Assembly: GCA_034422315.1 (NCBI GenBank)
Contig: DAOUJT010000190.1
Location: forward strand, 1,518-65,517
Source of the DNA: Chloroflexota bacterium
GTDB taxonomy: Bacteria > Chloroflexota > UBA11872
Length of the DNA stretch: 64,000 bases
Reading direction: 5' to 3'
A program made the translations under genes and the position numbers. Every line of letters begins with the position of its first letter. The first letter of the stretch is position 1. Positions 39,787-49,366 of the stretch are shown here, in pieces. The notes beneath the pieces were generated by a model. The model was not told the DNA's origin, searched no databases, and was given only the letters and a program-made list of their open reading frames with translations.

Positions 39787-39883
39787 CTACGGAGCGGCCT
39801 GCGCTCGCCGCACGGGATTTCGCATCATGCGAGAACGCTGATGCCAGGCGACGGATGGCCCCACGGCGATTGACGGGGTCGAC

Positions 39884-41461
39884 GTGAGGGACAAGCGCAT
39901 CGTTCTGTTCGACGGCTGGCTGGCCACGCTGGGCGGAGGCGAGCGTCAAGTTCTAAGCGCGGCAAGTGCCTTGCGGGAACTGGGCTCGGTGAGCGTAGTC
40001 TCGCACTGTCCGTTGCCACGATCCGCTGTCGTGGACTGGGCAGGTATCGATCTGCACGGGGTGGGCTTCCGCTTCATGCCTGAGCGGCCGCAACTTACCG
40101 GACGCGATGTCGCCGGTGACGCCGACTTGTTCATCAACGGCACCCATCTAAGCTTGGTTGACGGTCGGGGCTTGCCATCGATCCGGTTCGTCTATTTTTC
40201 GGCGCGTCGCAGCAGTACAGCCTGGCGGGTTGTTGGCAGCGCGCTACGTGGGATTGGCCGGGGACTTGGCGCCGCTCACGAGCGAGCCGGCTGGTTTGGC
40301 ACCGAAGCCCATAGGGGTGCCCTGTTCCGCCAGTCCGACGGCGACGGCCGGATCAGCGTTCGGGACGGAACCCGAATCCGCTTCTGGCTGAGCGCGATGA
40401 GCCATGAGGACCGCACATACACCATTGCGACGAAATCCGGCGACGCGCTTGCGGAGGGAACCGCAGGGGACAAAGGCGACTTTGCGCCGAGTCCGTGGGT
40501 CGATGTTCCGACGGGCTGCCGGGAGTTGGCAATCCGGTCGGCGGCATCCGGCGGGACAAACCGCTGGGAGGGTCGGCAGTTGGGCCTGGGGCTGGGATCC
40601 ATCGAGGAGCGCGGCGCGTTGCCACGAGATCTCTATCAGCGAGTGACCCGACGCCTAGTCCCGAAACTGGCCTACTGCGCGGGAGACGACCATGCCGCCA
40701 GGTATTCCGACGCGCTGCGCTCGTTCGACGCGGTGACGCCCAATTCACACTTCACCGCGTCGTGGCTGCGGCGCCGGTGGGGAGTGAGAGGGCCAGTCAT
40801 CGAGCCACCGGTTATCGCCGATGCTCGTCGTGCAATGGAGACACGGAAGCCGCTGATTGTGTCTATTGGCCGGTTCTTTATCGGTGGTCATAACAAGAAG
40901 CATCTCGCCATGGTGCGTGCATGGCGGGCGCTGTGTGACCGTGGCTTGGTTGGCTGGCGCCTGGCGCTGGTTGGCGGCGTTGGCCAGCGTCACGTGGATG
41001 CGGCCTATCTACGCCAGGTTGAGTCTGAGGCGCGCGGACTGCCGATCGACATGTATCCAAATGCCGACGAAGCAACTGTGCGCGACTTGCGGGCCCAGGC
41101 TGGCATTGCGTGGCATGCGGCGGGATACGGGGAGTCTGAACGCCGTGATCCCGAGCGGTTCGAACACTTTGGAATGGCAGTCGCCGAACTGATGATGTCC
41201 GGCGCCGTACCGGTCGTTTTCGACGGCGGCGGACTGCGCGAGATCGTCGTGCCAGGACGCAGCGGGTTTCGCTGGCGCACGCTGGATGAGTTGGTCGCCG
41301 CGACGCTGACGCTGATTCGGAACGGACGGCGGCGAGCGGCGATGAGCGAAGCGGCCCGCCAACGCGCTGAGCGCTGGTCGCTGGCGAACTACCAGCGACG
41401 GATCGTTGAACTGGCCCACGACGTTATGGCGAGGCATGAAGGGGCGAGCACATCGGGCTAG
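39884..41461 (+). CDS. GT4 (GT-B fold) glycosyltransferase
   Basis: C-terminal EHFGMAVAELMMSGAVPVV, an EX7E-type motif. 525 aa. Confidence 0.75.
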   Translation: MRDKRIVLFDGWLATLGGGERQVLSAASALRELGSVSVVSHCPLPRSAVVDWAGIDLHGVGFRFMPERPQLTGRDVAGDADLFINGTHLSLVDGRGLPSIRFVYFSARRSSTAWRVVGSALRGIGRGLGAAHERAGWFGTEAHRGALFRQSDGDGRISVRDGTRIRFWLSAMSHEDRTYTIATKSGDALAEGTAGDKGDFAPSPWVDVPTGCRELAIRSAASGGTNRWEGRQLGLGLGSIEERGALPRDLYQRVTRRLVPKLAYCAGDDHAARYSDALRSFDAVTPNSHFTASWLRRRWGVRGPVIEPPVIADARRAMETRKPLIVSIGRFFIGGHNKKHLAMVRAWRALCDRGLVGWRLALVGGVGQRHVDAAYLRQVESEARGLPIDMYPNADEATVRDLRAQAGIAWHAAGYGESERRDPERFEHFGMAVAELMMSGAVPVVFDGGGLREIVVPGRSGFRWRTLDELVAATLTLIRNGRRRAAMSEAARQRAERWSLANYQRRIVELAHDVMARHEGASTSG

Positions 41462-41539
41462 CGTCGACTCTGCGCGACGTTCGACGCGATGGTCTGCCAG
41501 TCGACGGGCTGCGGTTGCTAGCATCGTACGTTCGCGCCT

Positions 41540-42790
41540 TTGATGTCTGGGTTCGACGTGGCACTACTTGTCCAGAAGTTTGGCGGCTCGTCGCTCGCAA
41601 CCAGCGAGCGGATTCGAATCGTGGCCGATCGGATACATGACTCACTGTTGCAAGGTGATCGCGTAGCCTTGGTCGTCTCGGCCATGGGCGACACAACCGA
41701 CGATCTGATTGCGGCGGCCCAGCGCTTAGCCACTCGGCCGAACTCGAGGGAACTGGACTTCTTGCTGTCCACCGGCGAACTGGTGTCTGCGGCCTTGATG
41801 TCCATGGCTCTGCACGAGCTCGGGCGCGACGCGGTCGCACTCTCGGGTCCTCAGGCCGGCATCCGGACCAACGGGCGTTACGGTCGCGCCCGAATCACGG
41901 AGATCGAGCCGACGCGAATCCGTGCGGAACTCCAGGCCGGGCGCGTGCCGGTAATGGCCGGGTTTCAGGGCCTGGGGCCTGATGGTGACATTGTCACGCT
42001 CGCGCGGGGAACGTCGGACACCTCTGCCGTTGCCTTGGCCGTGGCATTGGGGGTTGACCGTTGCGAGATCTACACCGATGTGGACGGCATTTTCACAGCC
42101 GATCCGCGAATAGTGCCGGACGCGCGCAAGCTCGATCTGGTGATCTACGACGAAATGTTGGAGATGGCAAAGCTCGGCGCCCGTGTCATGCATCCGCGCG
42201 CGGTCGAGATTGCCGAACACTTCGGCATGCCGGTGGTGGTACGTTCCAGTTTCAGCGATGCACCAGGGACGGAAATCGTGGCTGAATCAGCGGTTCCAAT
42301 CGAGACCATGCAGCGAGTGCGCGCGGTCGCGCACGACACCGACGTGGCGCGGGTGACGATTCGCGGCGTCAGCGATCGACCGGGGCTGGCGCATGCCTTG
42401 TTCCAGCCCCTGGCTGACCGACACATCAACATTGACGTAATCGTGCAAAACGTCTCGGACGGCGGGGTCACCGACCTTTCGTTCACCATCGCCGAAACTG
42501 ACCTGGACGCGACGCTCGACCTGATTCGCCCTGTGGCGGCGGAGATCGGCGCCCGCGATGTGGCGGCGTCAACCGAATTGGGCAAAGTGAGCATTGTGGG
42601 TGTGGGCATTCAGAGCACGCCCGGAATCGCATCCCGGATGTTTGGAGCCTTGGCGGCTGTCGGCATCAACATCGTGAGCATCACGACCAGCGAGATTCGC
42701 CTGACCTGCCTGGTGGACAAGTCGCAGGTCGCGCGCGCGACTGAGCTGTTACACGACGAATTCGATCTGAGTGCTCCGGACTCCGCGTGA
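41540..42790 (+). CDS. lysC: aspartate kinase
   Basis: N-terminal VQKFGGSSL, and a C-terminal duplicated ACT-like region. Confidence 0.9.
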   Translation: MMSGFDVALLVQKFGGSSLATSERIRIVADRIHDSLLQGDRVALVVSAMGDTTDDLIAAAQRLATRPNSRELDFLLSTGELVSAALMSMALHELGRDAVALSGPQAGIRTNGRYGRARITEIEPTRIRAELQAGRVPVMAGFQGLGPDGDIVTLARGTSDTSAVALAVALGVDRCEIYTDVDGIFTADPRIVPDARKLDLVIYDEMLEMAKLGARVMHPRAVEIAEHFGMPVVVRSSFSDAPGTEIVAESAVPIETMQRVRAVAHDTDVARVTIRGVSDRPGLAHALFQPLADRHINIDVIVQNVSDGGVTDLSFTIAETDLDATLDLIRPVAAEIGARDVAASTELGKVSIVGVGIQSTPGIASRMFGALAAVGINIVSITTSEIRLTCLVDKSQVARATELLHDEFDLSAPDSA

Positions 42791-42885
42791 CGCCGCGCAT
42801 TCGTTCCGTGGATGGCCGCTGGTACCATAAAGTTGCGCGCCAAACCTGTTAGAACGTTGCCTGGAGCGGGAGTGGCGATAGCGAC

Positions 42886-43392
42886 ATGATCGAAATGATC
42901 GTGGACAGTGTGCGGGTGAATCTCATCAGTCCCAGTCGCGTGGTGGTGCTGAAGGAACGGGATGGCCCGCGCTATCTCGCCATCGTGATCGGCCAAGGCG
43001 AGGCTGACGCCATTGCCGTCAAGCTGCAAGACCATGACGTTCCGCGGCCGCTGACCCACGACCTCCTCAAGCAACTGATCGAATCAGTTCAAGGGGCCGT
43101 TGAGCGCGTGGTGGTGACCGATCTGGTGGACACGACGTTCTTTGCGACGATCGTGCTGGACGTCAACGGCAGCCGCCGCGAACTGGATTCACGGCCGAGC
43201 GATGCTATCGCGCTGGCGGTGCGAGCGAACGCGCCGATTCTGGTTGAGCCGTCAGTCCTCAACGAGGCTGGTTTCGAGCCGGACGTTTCGGGTGAGGAGC
43301 CCGGTGAGGGCGAGCCTGTGGCGGAAGAAAAGCTCGAAGTATTTCGCGAGTTCATCAATCAGCTCGACCTGGACGATCTGGGCAAGTCCTAG
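42886..43392 (+). CDS. bifunctional nuclease (BFN/DUF151) family protein
   Basis: N-terminal VVVLKERDGPRYLAIVIGQGEADAI ... RPLTHDLL is typical of DUF151. Confidence 0.75.
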   Translation: MIEMIVDSVRVNLISPSRVVVLKERDGPRYLAIVIGQGEADAIAVKLQDHDVPRPLTHDLLKQLIESVQGAVERVVVTDLVDTTFFATIVLDVNGSRRELDSRPSDAIALAVRANAPILVEPSVLNEAGFEPDVSGEEPGEGEPVAEEKLEVFREFINQLDLDDLGKS

Positions 43393-43408
43393 GCTGCTGA
43401 CCGCGTTA

Positions 43409-43431
43409 GGCGGGACGCCGAGCATCCCGCC
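43409..43431. terminator. hairpin between convergent genes (candidate bidirectional terminator)
   Basis: GGCGGGA-(9 nt)-TCCCGCC, a perfect 7-bp stem between the stops at 43392 (+) and 43439 (-). No U-tract. Confidence 0.3.
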
Positions 43432-43438
43432 GGCACGC

Positions 43439-45649
43439 TCATCGTGTTGACTGGATGGTCACGCGTCGAAGCGCCGCCGCACCGTTTGACCCAATAGCGG
43501 CGACAACCCAGTTGCCCGCAGCCGTTGCTGCGTCGGCGGCTGCGATGTGCGTCTCTCGAACACCAAACGCGGACCCTGGCTCCGACGCGAGCCGGCGTGC
43601 GATACCGCCGCTTGCGGCGACGGCCCAGATCTCGGAGGCGCCCGCGCTTGCGGTGCCCAGCCGATGAATGCCGTTTCCTACGTCAACCACATAGGTGGAG
43701 GCAAGGACAGGTCGCTGGCCTGTTGTCGGCGCGTGCAGCGCGAATGTCGCCGTCGGTCCAGACGATGTGGCCCCTTGGGTGATGGGCGCGTAGGCAACTC
43801 CGTGGTCTGCGTGGAGGGCGATGAGCCGTCGGGGGGTTGAGGTGACGCTGGCCAGCGGATCGGACACGTGCAATTCAAACTGCCCTGCGGCGTCGGTCCA
43901 CGCCGCGGTGCCGGAATCGAAGCCGACGCCGATTACGAGAGCTCCCGAGATCGGAGTCCCATTGGCATCCTGCACGACTCCTGTGACCCCGCGGCCGGCC
44001 GCTCGCCAGCCGGAGAAGAAGCTAGCCAGATTGATCCGCTCGTTGTGGGTTAGAAGGGCTGCGGCGTGCGAGCGGTCAACCTTGGCCTTAGTGGCGCCGG
44101 CCAGTCCCGGCGCAAGCGCGCCCAAGGGTGTGACGCCGTGACACGACGAGCACTGGGTGTCATACGTCCGGCGGCCGCGCTCGACGGTCGGAAGCGCAGG
44201 TAGCCCGGCGAGCGAGCCGTCTATCACCGCTAATCCAAAGCCCGGAACGAAGACGGACGTTCCGTCGAACCAGGAAAGAGTCCAGGCCGTTTCACCGCTG
44301 ACGGCGACCGTAGGCGCGGCCGGCAACCCGGACACGCGTACGGTTCGGTGACTTGGCGATAGATTCACAACTGCGGCGCGCGGTCCCTGGTCAGTGTCCA
44401 CGACCAGCGCATCGAGGTCCGGTCTGTGTACATCCACCCGGGTCAGTCGTCCGGAACCCGCAACGAACCGACGTGCCAGCTGCATCACCCCAAAAGCCGG
44501 TGCCGGAGGGTCAGCAATCGCACTGGACCACAGACCGAAATCCGGTTCGCCGCGAGGCGATCTCCCCGACGGGTCGCTGGTTCCCTTGTATACCAGCAGG
44601 CCGCTAGCGCCCTGGCGCACGGCGCGCAGGGTGGCGGAGGCCAGAAAGGCGCCGTTTATCGGCGCATGAACCAGAGGATCGACCGCAAGATCGCCGTTAA
44701 AGTTGATTTCTTCCACATAGTGGGGCCGTCCGGCAGCAATTCCTGAAATCGAGCGCACGCGGTTTTCGAACCATGACAGACGTGTGCGAAGGACGTTGGC
44801 CGACGTTGTTTCGCCGATGCGATGCATGCCGTACCAGTGCCAGGTCAGGAAGTCGTGGTAGGACGCTGAGTCCACGGAACGCAGGTACGTCGACCAGTCC
44901 ACGTCGGGCGCATTCCCGCAGGTCCGGCTACCGTCTGGATTCAGCGTGGCGCCGGTGTCGATAGCATCGAGCGACGGTCCGCCCAGAGCCACGACGCCTG
45001 AGCCAAGGCGCGCCGCCACGGCGGCGCGGGCCGCGGCATAGAGTTCCGCGTACGCTGCGCCGCTGCCGCAGGCGTAGTGCTGACCGGCGTTCTGATGATT
45101 GTTCGGCTCGTTCCAGATGGTGTAGGGCCAGGTCAACGCGATGGGACCGAAGTGATCCCGCAGGCGCTCGATGGCGTCCGCCACGTACTCGGCATAACCC
45201 TTGACTCCGGCGGCGTTGAAGCGTTCGCTCTCGTGCTGCGAACTTGGGGTGCCGTCAGCAGCAGGTACCCAGGCCGGCGCGGCGACAAAACTGACCATTG
45301 GCGTCGCGCCGGCGTCGAGGACTCGCTGCACAAAGGCATGGAGCTGGTTCCAATTGAAGTCGGCGGGCGTGCTGCCGACCGCCGCGCCAAGAAATCGATG
45401 CCCTACCCACACGCGTACCAGATCGGCTCCGAACAGGGCGGCCCGGTCAATGCCGCCGTCTCGATAGAGGTCGACGATTTCGTTGGTGCCCAGCTTGAAA
45501 TCGAGCGACTGCGCGAAACCAGTCGAGGGCTGATCGAGACGAACCGCGATATCAGCCGCTGGCGAGCCACCGAGCAGCAGGTTGCCAAGGAGCAGGGTAC
45601 CGACGAATCGGGCTGCGTAGCGCCAGCGAACGGTCAGGCTGCCGCCCAT
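43439..45649 (-). CDS. secreted multidomain protein: clan GH-A-like glycoside hydrolase + c-type cytochrome motif + CarboxypepD_reg-like domain
   Basis: Hydrophobic N-terminal signal, YTIWNEPNN (NEP acid/base motif) and HYVEEINF. The CSSCH heme-c motif is at nt 44138-44152. GVTGVVQDANGTPISGALVIG is a beta-sandwich repeat. Confidence 0.65.
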   Translation of the reverse strand: MGGSLTVRWRYAARFVGTLLLGNLLLGGSPAADIAVRLDQPSTGFAQSLDFKLGTNEIVDLYRDGGIDRAALFGADLVRVWVGHRFLGAAVGSTPADFNWNQLHAFVQRVLDAGATPMVSFVAAPAWVPAADGTPSSQHESERFNAAGVKGYAEYVADAIERLRDHFGPIALTWPYTIWNEPNNHQNAGQHYACGSGAAYAELYAAARAAVAARLGSGVVALGGPSLDAIDTGATLNPDGSRTCGNAPDVDWSTYLRSVDSASYHDFLTWHWYGMHRIGETTSANVLRTRLSWFENRVRSISGIAAGRPHYVEEINFNGDLAVDPLVHAPINGAFLASATLRAVRQGASGLLVYKGTSDPSGRSPRGEPDFGLWSSAIADPPAPAFGVMQLARRFVAGSGRLTRVDVHRPDLDALVVDTDQGPRAAVVNLSPSHRTVRVSGLPAAPTVAVSGETAWTLSWFDGTSVFVPGFGLAVIDGSLAGLPALPTVERGRRTYDTQCSSCHGVTPLGALAPGLAGATKAKVDRSHAAALLTHNERINLASFFSGWRAAGRGVTGVVQDANGTPISGALVIGVGFDSGTAAWTDAAGQFELHVSDPLASVTSTPRRLIALHADHGVAYAPITQGATSSGPTATFALHAPTTGQRPVLASTYVVDVGNGIHRLGTASAGASEIWAVAASGGIARRLASEPGSAFGVRETHIAAADAATAAGNWVVAAIGSNGAAALRRVTIQSTR

Positions 45650-45654
45650 ATGCG

Positions 45655-46659
45655 CTAGGTCCGACGGACGACTTCGCGCTGCCCGGAGACGGAAGACTGC
45701 CGGATAGCCGCCAGGACCTCCAGCAAGTGCACGCTGTCTTCAGGCGGCGAGCCGTTGGGGGCTGAGCCGCTGATTACCGCCAGGAAATGTTCGTCGGGAT
45801 TGCTCCCACCGGACAGGCCTGCAACTTCACGCGTGACCTTGGCTGCGAGGTCGTCTTCCAGGATCACCTCCACACCGCCGGACGCCCAGTCCGCGCGGAT
45901 CGCGCCGTTGCCGGCGACCACCGCCAAGCGCTCCCCGAACGTGTGGCCGGTGCCGATGATGGAAAGCGTGCCAATCGCGCCGTTTTCGAAGAGAAATACG
46001 GCCGCGCCGTCGGCTTCGACTTCCAGGTCGTAGGTCCGCATGCGCGCGTCGACTTCGACGATGCGAAGTCCGGTCGTCCAGATCAACATGTCCATGAGGT
46101 GGCTGCCGGAGTCGCTCAGCTGTCCGCCGCCACCCAGGGCGAGCGTGCTGCGCCACTTGCCTCGGGCTGCTCCAATCCAGGCCTGCCATTGGCTGGCCTG
46201 CACGTGGGTGATCTCCCCCATGTCGCCACTCCGCAGGCGCTGGCGCATATAGGTGTACCCGGGGCTGAAGCGCCGCTGGAAGCCGACCACCACGTGTCGA
46301 CCAACAGCTTGGGCGTGATCGGCAATCTCCTGCGCTAGCTCGGGCGTGTGCGCCAGAGGCTTTTCGCACAGCACGTGCGCCCCGGCGTTGAGGGCGCCCA
46401 TCACGTGCTCGTGGTGCAGCGTGTGGGGTGTCGACACCAGCACCACATCCGGGTCGGTTGCCGCCAGGAGGTCACGCCAGTCCGAGTAGGCGGGAACCTC
46501 ATTCAGATCCGTCAGGCCGGACCTTATGGTCGAAATCGCCGCGTCGGACGGATCAGCCAGGCCAACCACGTCAACCTCGGGCATCCCAAGAAACCGCCGC
46601 AGGTGACCGGTGGCGTTGCCGCCTACGCCAATGGCGCCAAGTCGGTAAGGCATGGACAT
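45655..46659 (-). CDS. Gfo/Idh/MocA-family NAD(P)-dependent oxidoreductase
   Basis: N-terminal Rossmann segment LGAIGVGGNATGH and the VLCEKPLA motif. Confidence 0.8.
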   Translation of the reverse strand: MSMPYRLGAIGVGGNATGHLRRFLGMPEVDVVGLADPSDAAISTIRSGLTDLNEVPAYSDWRDLLAATDPDVVLVSTPHTLHHEHVMGALNAGAHVLCEKPLAHTPELAQEIADHAQAVGRHVVVGFQRRFSPGYTYMRQRLRSGDMGEITHVQASQWQAWIGAARGKWRSTLALGGGGQLSDSGSHLMDMLIWTTGLRIVEVDARMRTYDLEVEADGAAVFLFENGAIGTLSIIGTGHTFGERLAVVAGNGAIRADWASGGVEVILEDDLAAKVTREVAGLSGGSNPDEHFLAVISGSAPNGSPPEDSVHLLEVLAAIRQSSVSGQREVVRRT

Positions 46660-46721
46660 CGTGCAGTGCGCCCGGACGGGCGGAAGTCTACGTCAACGCG
46701 CCGAAAGTTAGCGGCCGCGGC

Positions 46722-47024
46722 CTATGCGTCTCGGGTCGTCGGGTCTCCGGGCACGAACTGACCGCCGTACGGAAGCGGGAGGCGTTCCACGGTCTCTCGA
46801 AATGTGCCGCGCCCCTTCAGCAGGTCGTGCACGTCCCAGCCCTGCGCTTCCAGATGTTCGAGCACATAGGCCAGTTCGTAGCGGTCACCGGTTTCTTCGT
46901 CGATGAACGCATCGGTCCATCCCAACTGGTATCGCGGTACGGGAAACGTGCCCTCGCCGTTGCGACGGGGGATCTGGAAGCGGAACTCGGATACGCGGAT
47001 GTGGTGGCGCGGCTTGCTGGTCAT
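46722..47024 (-). CDS. hypothetical protein (100 aa)
   Basis: ORF with host-like codon composition. No motif was recognised. Confidence 0.4.
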   Translation of the reverse strand: MTSKPRHHIRVSEFRFQIPRRNGEGTFPVPRYQLGWTDAFIDEETGDRYELAYVLEHLEAQGWDVHDLLKGRGTFRETVERLPLPYGGQFVPGDPTTRDA

Positions 47025-47097
47025 GTGGGTTTCTGGTTGTGGGCCAAGGCAGCCTGGATGGCTAGCGTGCGATTGTGGAGAGCGTGTCGGTCCCGTG

Positions 47098-47901
47098 TCA
47101 ACGGTTGACCGTCCGGCCGACGACGATCAAGTTCCGCGAGTCGTCGCGCCAGGGCTGGCGCGTGTAGTCGCCGTACACCGCGTCAATCTGCAGCCCGGCC
47201 TCTACAAACTCCGCCACCACGTCGTCTCGCGTCACAAGCGCCAGGCTGTAGCCCAGCCGTCGCTCGTCAACCAGCAGCGGACCGTCGTAGTAGCGGTAGA
47301 TGAGGGTGCTGCAACCGCGACGCGCGGCCTCATCGTAGGTGTAGAAGCGTTCGCGGGATATTCGTAGGCCAGAGGAAGGATCGCGTTCCAGGAATTCGAC
47401 CTCCTCGTGGTCTGGCGTGGCGTCAAGGGGTGTGGCAGAGAAGACATCAACGGCAACGCCGCCACCGGGCCGCACGTGGGCCGCGGCGTTGTGCAGCGTC
47501 TCCAGACGGGCCTCTCGGTCCGGCAGCAACAGGTATGAGTTGAAGCCGACAAATGCGAGGTCGTACGTCTTCGCAAGCCGGCACGTGCGCATGTCGTCGC
47601 GTTGCAACTCAAGACGTGCTCTGGTTGACTGCGTTAACGCAGCGCGGCGTGCCGCAGCTCGCTTCAGCATGGCGGCTGAGGTATCCACGCCGGTGACTTG
47701 GAAACCGTGCCTGGCTAGGGGAATCGCCATGCGGCCGGTGCCAACGGCGAATTCCAGCAACTGCGGTCCCAAACGTCGCCCCTCGGCGGCCCAAAAGTCC
47801 AGCTCCGCTCCATCGCACTCGGGATACTCAAGGTCGTATACCTGAGCGGCCGGGTCATAGCCGGTTTCGCGAAATGGCGGGGGTGTGGCCAATTTCGGCA
47901 T
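47098..47901 (-). CDS. class I SAM-dependent methyltransferase
   Basis: Motif I LEFAVGTGRMAIPLA and post-I VTGVDTS. Confidence 0.8.
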   Translation of the reverse strand: MPKLATPPPFRETGYDPAAQVYDLEYPECDGAELDFWAAEGRRLGPQLLEFAVGTGRMAIPLARHGFQVTGVDTSAAMLKRAAARRAALTQSTRARLELQRDDMRTCRLAKTYDLAFVGFNSYLLLPDREARLETLHNAAAHVRPGGGVAVDVFSATPLDATPDHEEVEFLERDPSSGLRISRERFYTYDEAARRGCSTLIYRYYDGPLLVDERRLGYSLALVTRDDVVAEFVEAGLQIDAVYGDYTRQPWRDDSRNLIVVGRTVNR

Positions 47902-47934
47902 GCGACCGTCAGGGCCGATTTGCGGCCAGAGGCA

Positions 47935-48642
47935 TTAGTCGGCGCCGGCGTAGTTCAGCGGCGCTTCGGCCAGTTCCTCTTCGAGGTTGGCGTGATCTTT
48001 CACGCTGTCCATGCCTCGCCAGCGCGCTTCGGACCGGAACGCGCCCAATCGGCGGGCAGCGGCCAGCTCCGGGAAGGTGCTGTCTTCGTGGTCGCCGATC
48101 TGGGGCAGGTGGTCTTCAAACGACCGGTCCAACACGTACACGCCGCCGTTGATCCAGTGGGGCAGCACGGGGTTAGTGGTGAACTGGCTGACCTTGCGGC
48201 CATCGACTTCCACGATGCCGTACTGGCTGATGTAGGGCGTGAGCAAGATGGTCGCTATGTTCCCGTCGTCCTGATGCTGGTCTAGTATGGGGGCCAGCCG
48301 CTGCTCCGTCAGGATGTCGGCGTTGGAGGCCATCACGATTGGCTCGTCGCGGGGAATCTGCTGCATTCCAAGGCGCAGCCCCCCACCGCGGCCCATGGGG
48401 GTTGCCTCGACCGCGTAGCTGAAGCTGGCGCCCAAGGCCGAGCCGTCGCCGAAATGGTCTTCAATTGCCTCGTGGAGGTAACCGCAGGAGATGACGAAGT
48501 GGTTCACGCCCTGTGCCTGATACCACTCCACCTGATGCTGCATGATCGGCTTGCCGGCCACGGCGACCATGGGCTTCGGAACATTGGCGGTCAGCGGCCG
48601 CAGGCGCTCACCGCGACCTCCGGCAATCAAGACGGCGTACAC
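47935..48642 (-). CDS. sugar-1-phosphate nucleotidyltransferase
   Basis: N-terminal MYAVLIAGGRGERLRPLT loop. 235 aa. Confidence 0.85.
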   Translation of the reverse strand: MYAVLIAGGRGERLRPLTANVPKPMVAVAGKPIMQHQVEWYQAQGVNHFVISCGYLHEAIEDHFGDGSALGASFSYAVEATPMGRGGGLRLGMQQIPRDEPIVMASNADILTEQRLAPILDQHQDDGNIATILLTPYISQYGIVEVDGRKVSQFTTNPVLPHWINGGVYVLDRSFEDHLPQIGDHEDSTFPELAAARRLGAFRSEARWRGMDSVKDHANLEEELAEAPLNYAGAD

Positions 48643-48747
48643 GCAGCTGACCTCCAGGGCATTAGGGGCGCCAAGCGCCTCGAGGCACGATTATAGGAAT
48701 GGGGCGGCGCCGAAACCCGCCACGCCGGTCGGCACCGCTGGCACACG

Positions 48748-49170
48748 TCACTCGATGGACGCCGGATCCGAGGCGTCGCGGAGTTCGATGACGTTGCCGT
48801 CGGGATCGCGAAAGTAAAGGGAACGTCCTTCAGGATCTTCCGTCGGCCCCTCGACCGCCGCACCAGCCGCCACGATGACCTCGGCAGCACGTTCGAACTC
48901 AGCTTCGCCTACGCTCAGCGCCACGTGTTGCACGCCCGAGCGCCGCCAGTCTTGGGTGACTGCCGCGATCTGTCGCTCAGGCGCCTGGAACAGGTGCAAC
49001 GACAGTGCCGGCGCTTGCAGGATTTGACGAAACGTCGTTCGAGGTCCCGGGATCAGGTCCAGGACGCGTGCGTAAAACGCGGCACTGCGGTCGAGATCGC
49101 GTACGTTGATCGCCACGTGGTCCACGCAACTGAATCGGATTCCTTGGCGTCCAGTCGTCTCTCGTGACAC
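48748..49170 (-). CDS. VOC/glyoxalase-family protein
   Basis: Motifs VDHVAINVRDLDRSAAFY and YFRDPDGNVIEL. I trimmed the 231-aa track ORF to the GTG at 49170, which is preceded by GGGGGA. Confidence 0.7.
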   Translation of the reverse strand: MSRETTGRQGIRFSCVDHVAINVRDLDRSAAFYARVLDLIPGPRTTFRQILQAPALSLHLFQAPERQIAAVTQDWRRSGVQHVALSVGEAEFERAAEVIVAAGAAVEGPTEDPEGRSLYFRDPDGNVIELRDASDPASIE

Positions 49171-49315
49171 TTGAGTTCCGTCCCCCAATTGACTGCAGAC
49201 AGTATCGCGCGTGGACCAGAGCCCGCTCGCGGCCACCTGCCGTTTCCGTTCGAGACGGGCTTGGAGCTTAATCGACCACAAGATGTGGGTTGAATGTGTG
49301 GTATATGTAATCAAC

Positions 49316-49331
49316 ACACTAGATGTAGTGG
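49316..49331 (+). promoter_or_regulatory. NrdR-box-like palindrome upstream of nrdR
   Basis: ACACTAGATGTAGTGG contains the palindrome CACTA-gatg-TAGTG. It matches the published NrdR-box consensus acaCwAtATaTwGtgt at 13 of 16 positions. It lies 36 nt upstream of the nrdR GTG. Confidence 0.4.
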
Positions 49332-49366
49332 TTGGATGGTATGATTCACACCCAGTCTGGCGGGGA

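Noticed and set aside
41462-41539. Possible lysine riboswitch upstream of aspartate kinase
   Set aside because: The spacer is only 78 nt, too short for an L-box, and no conserved L-box elements were seen.
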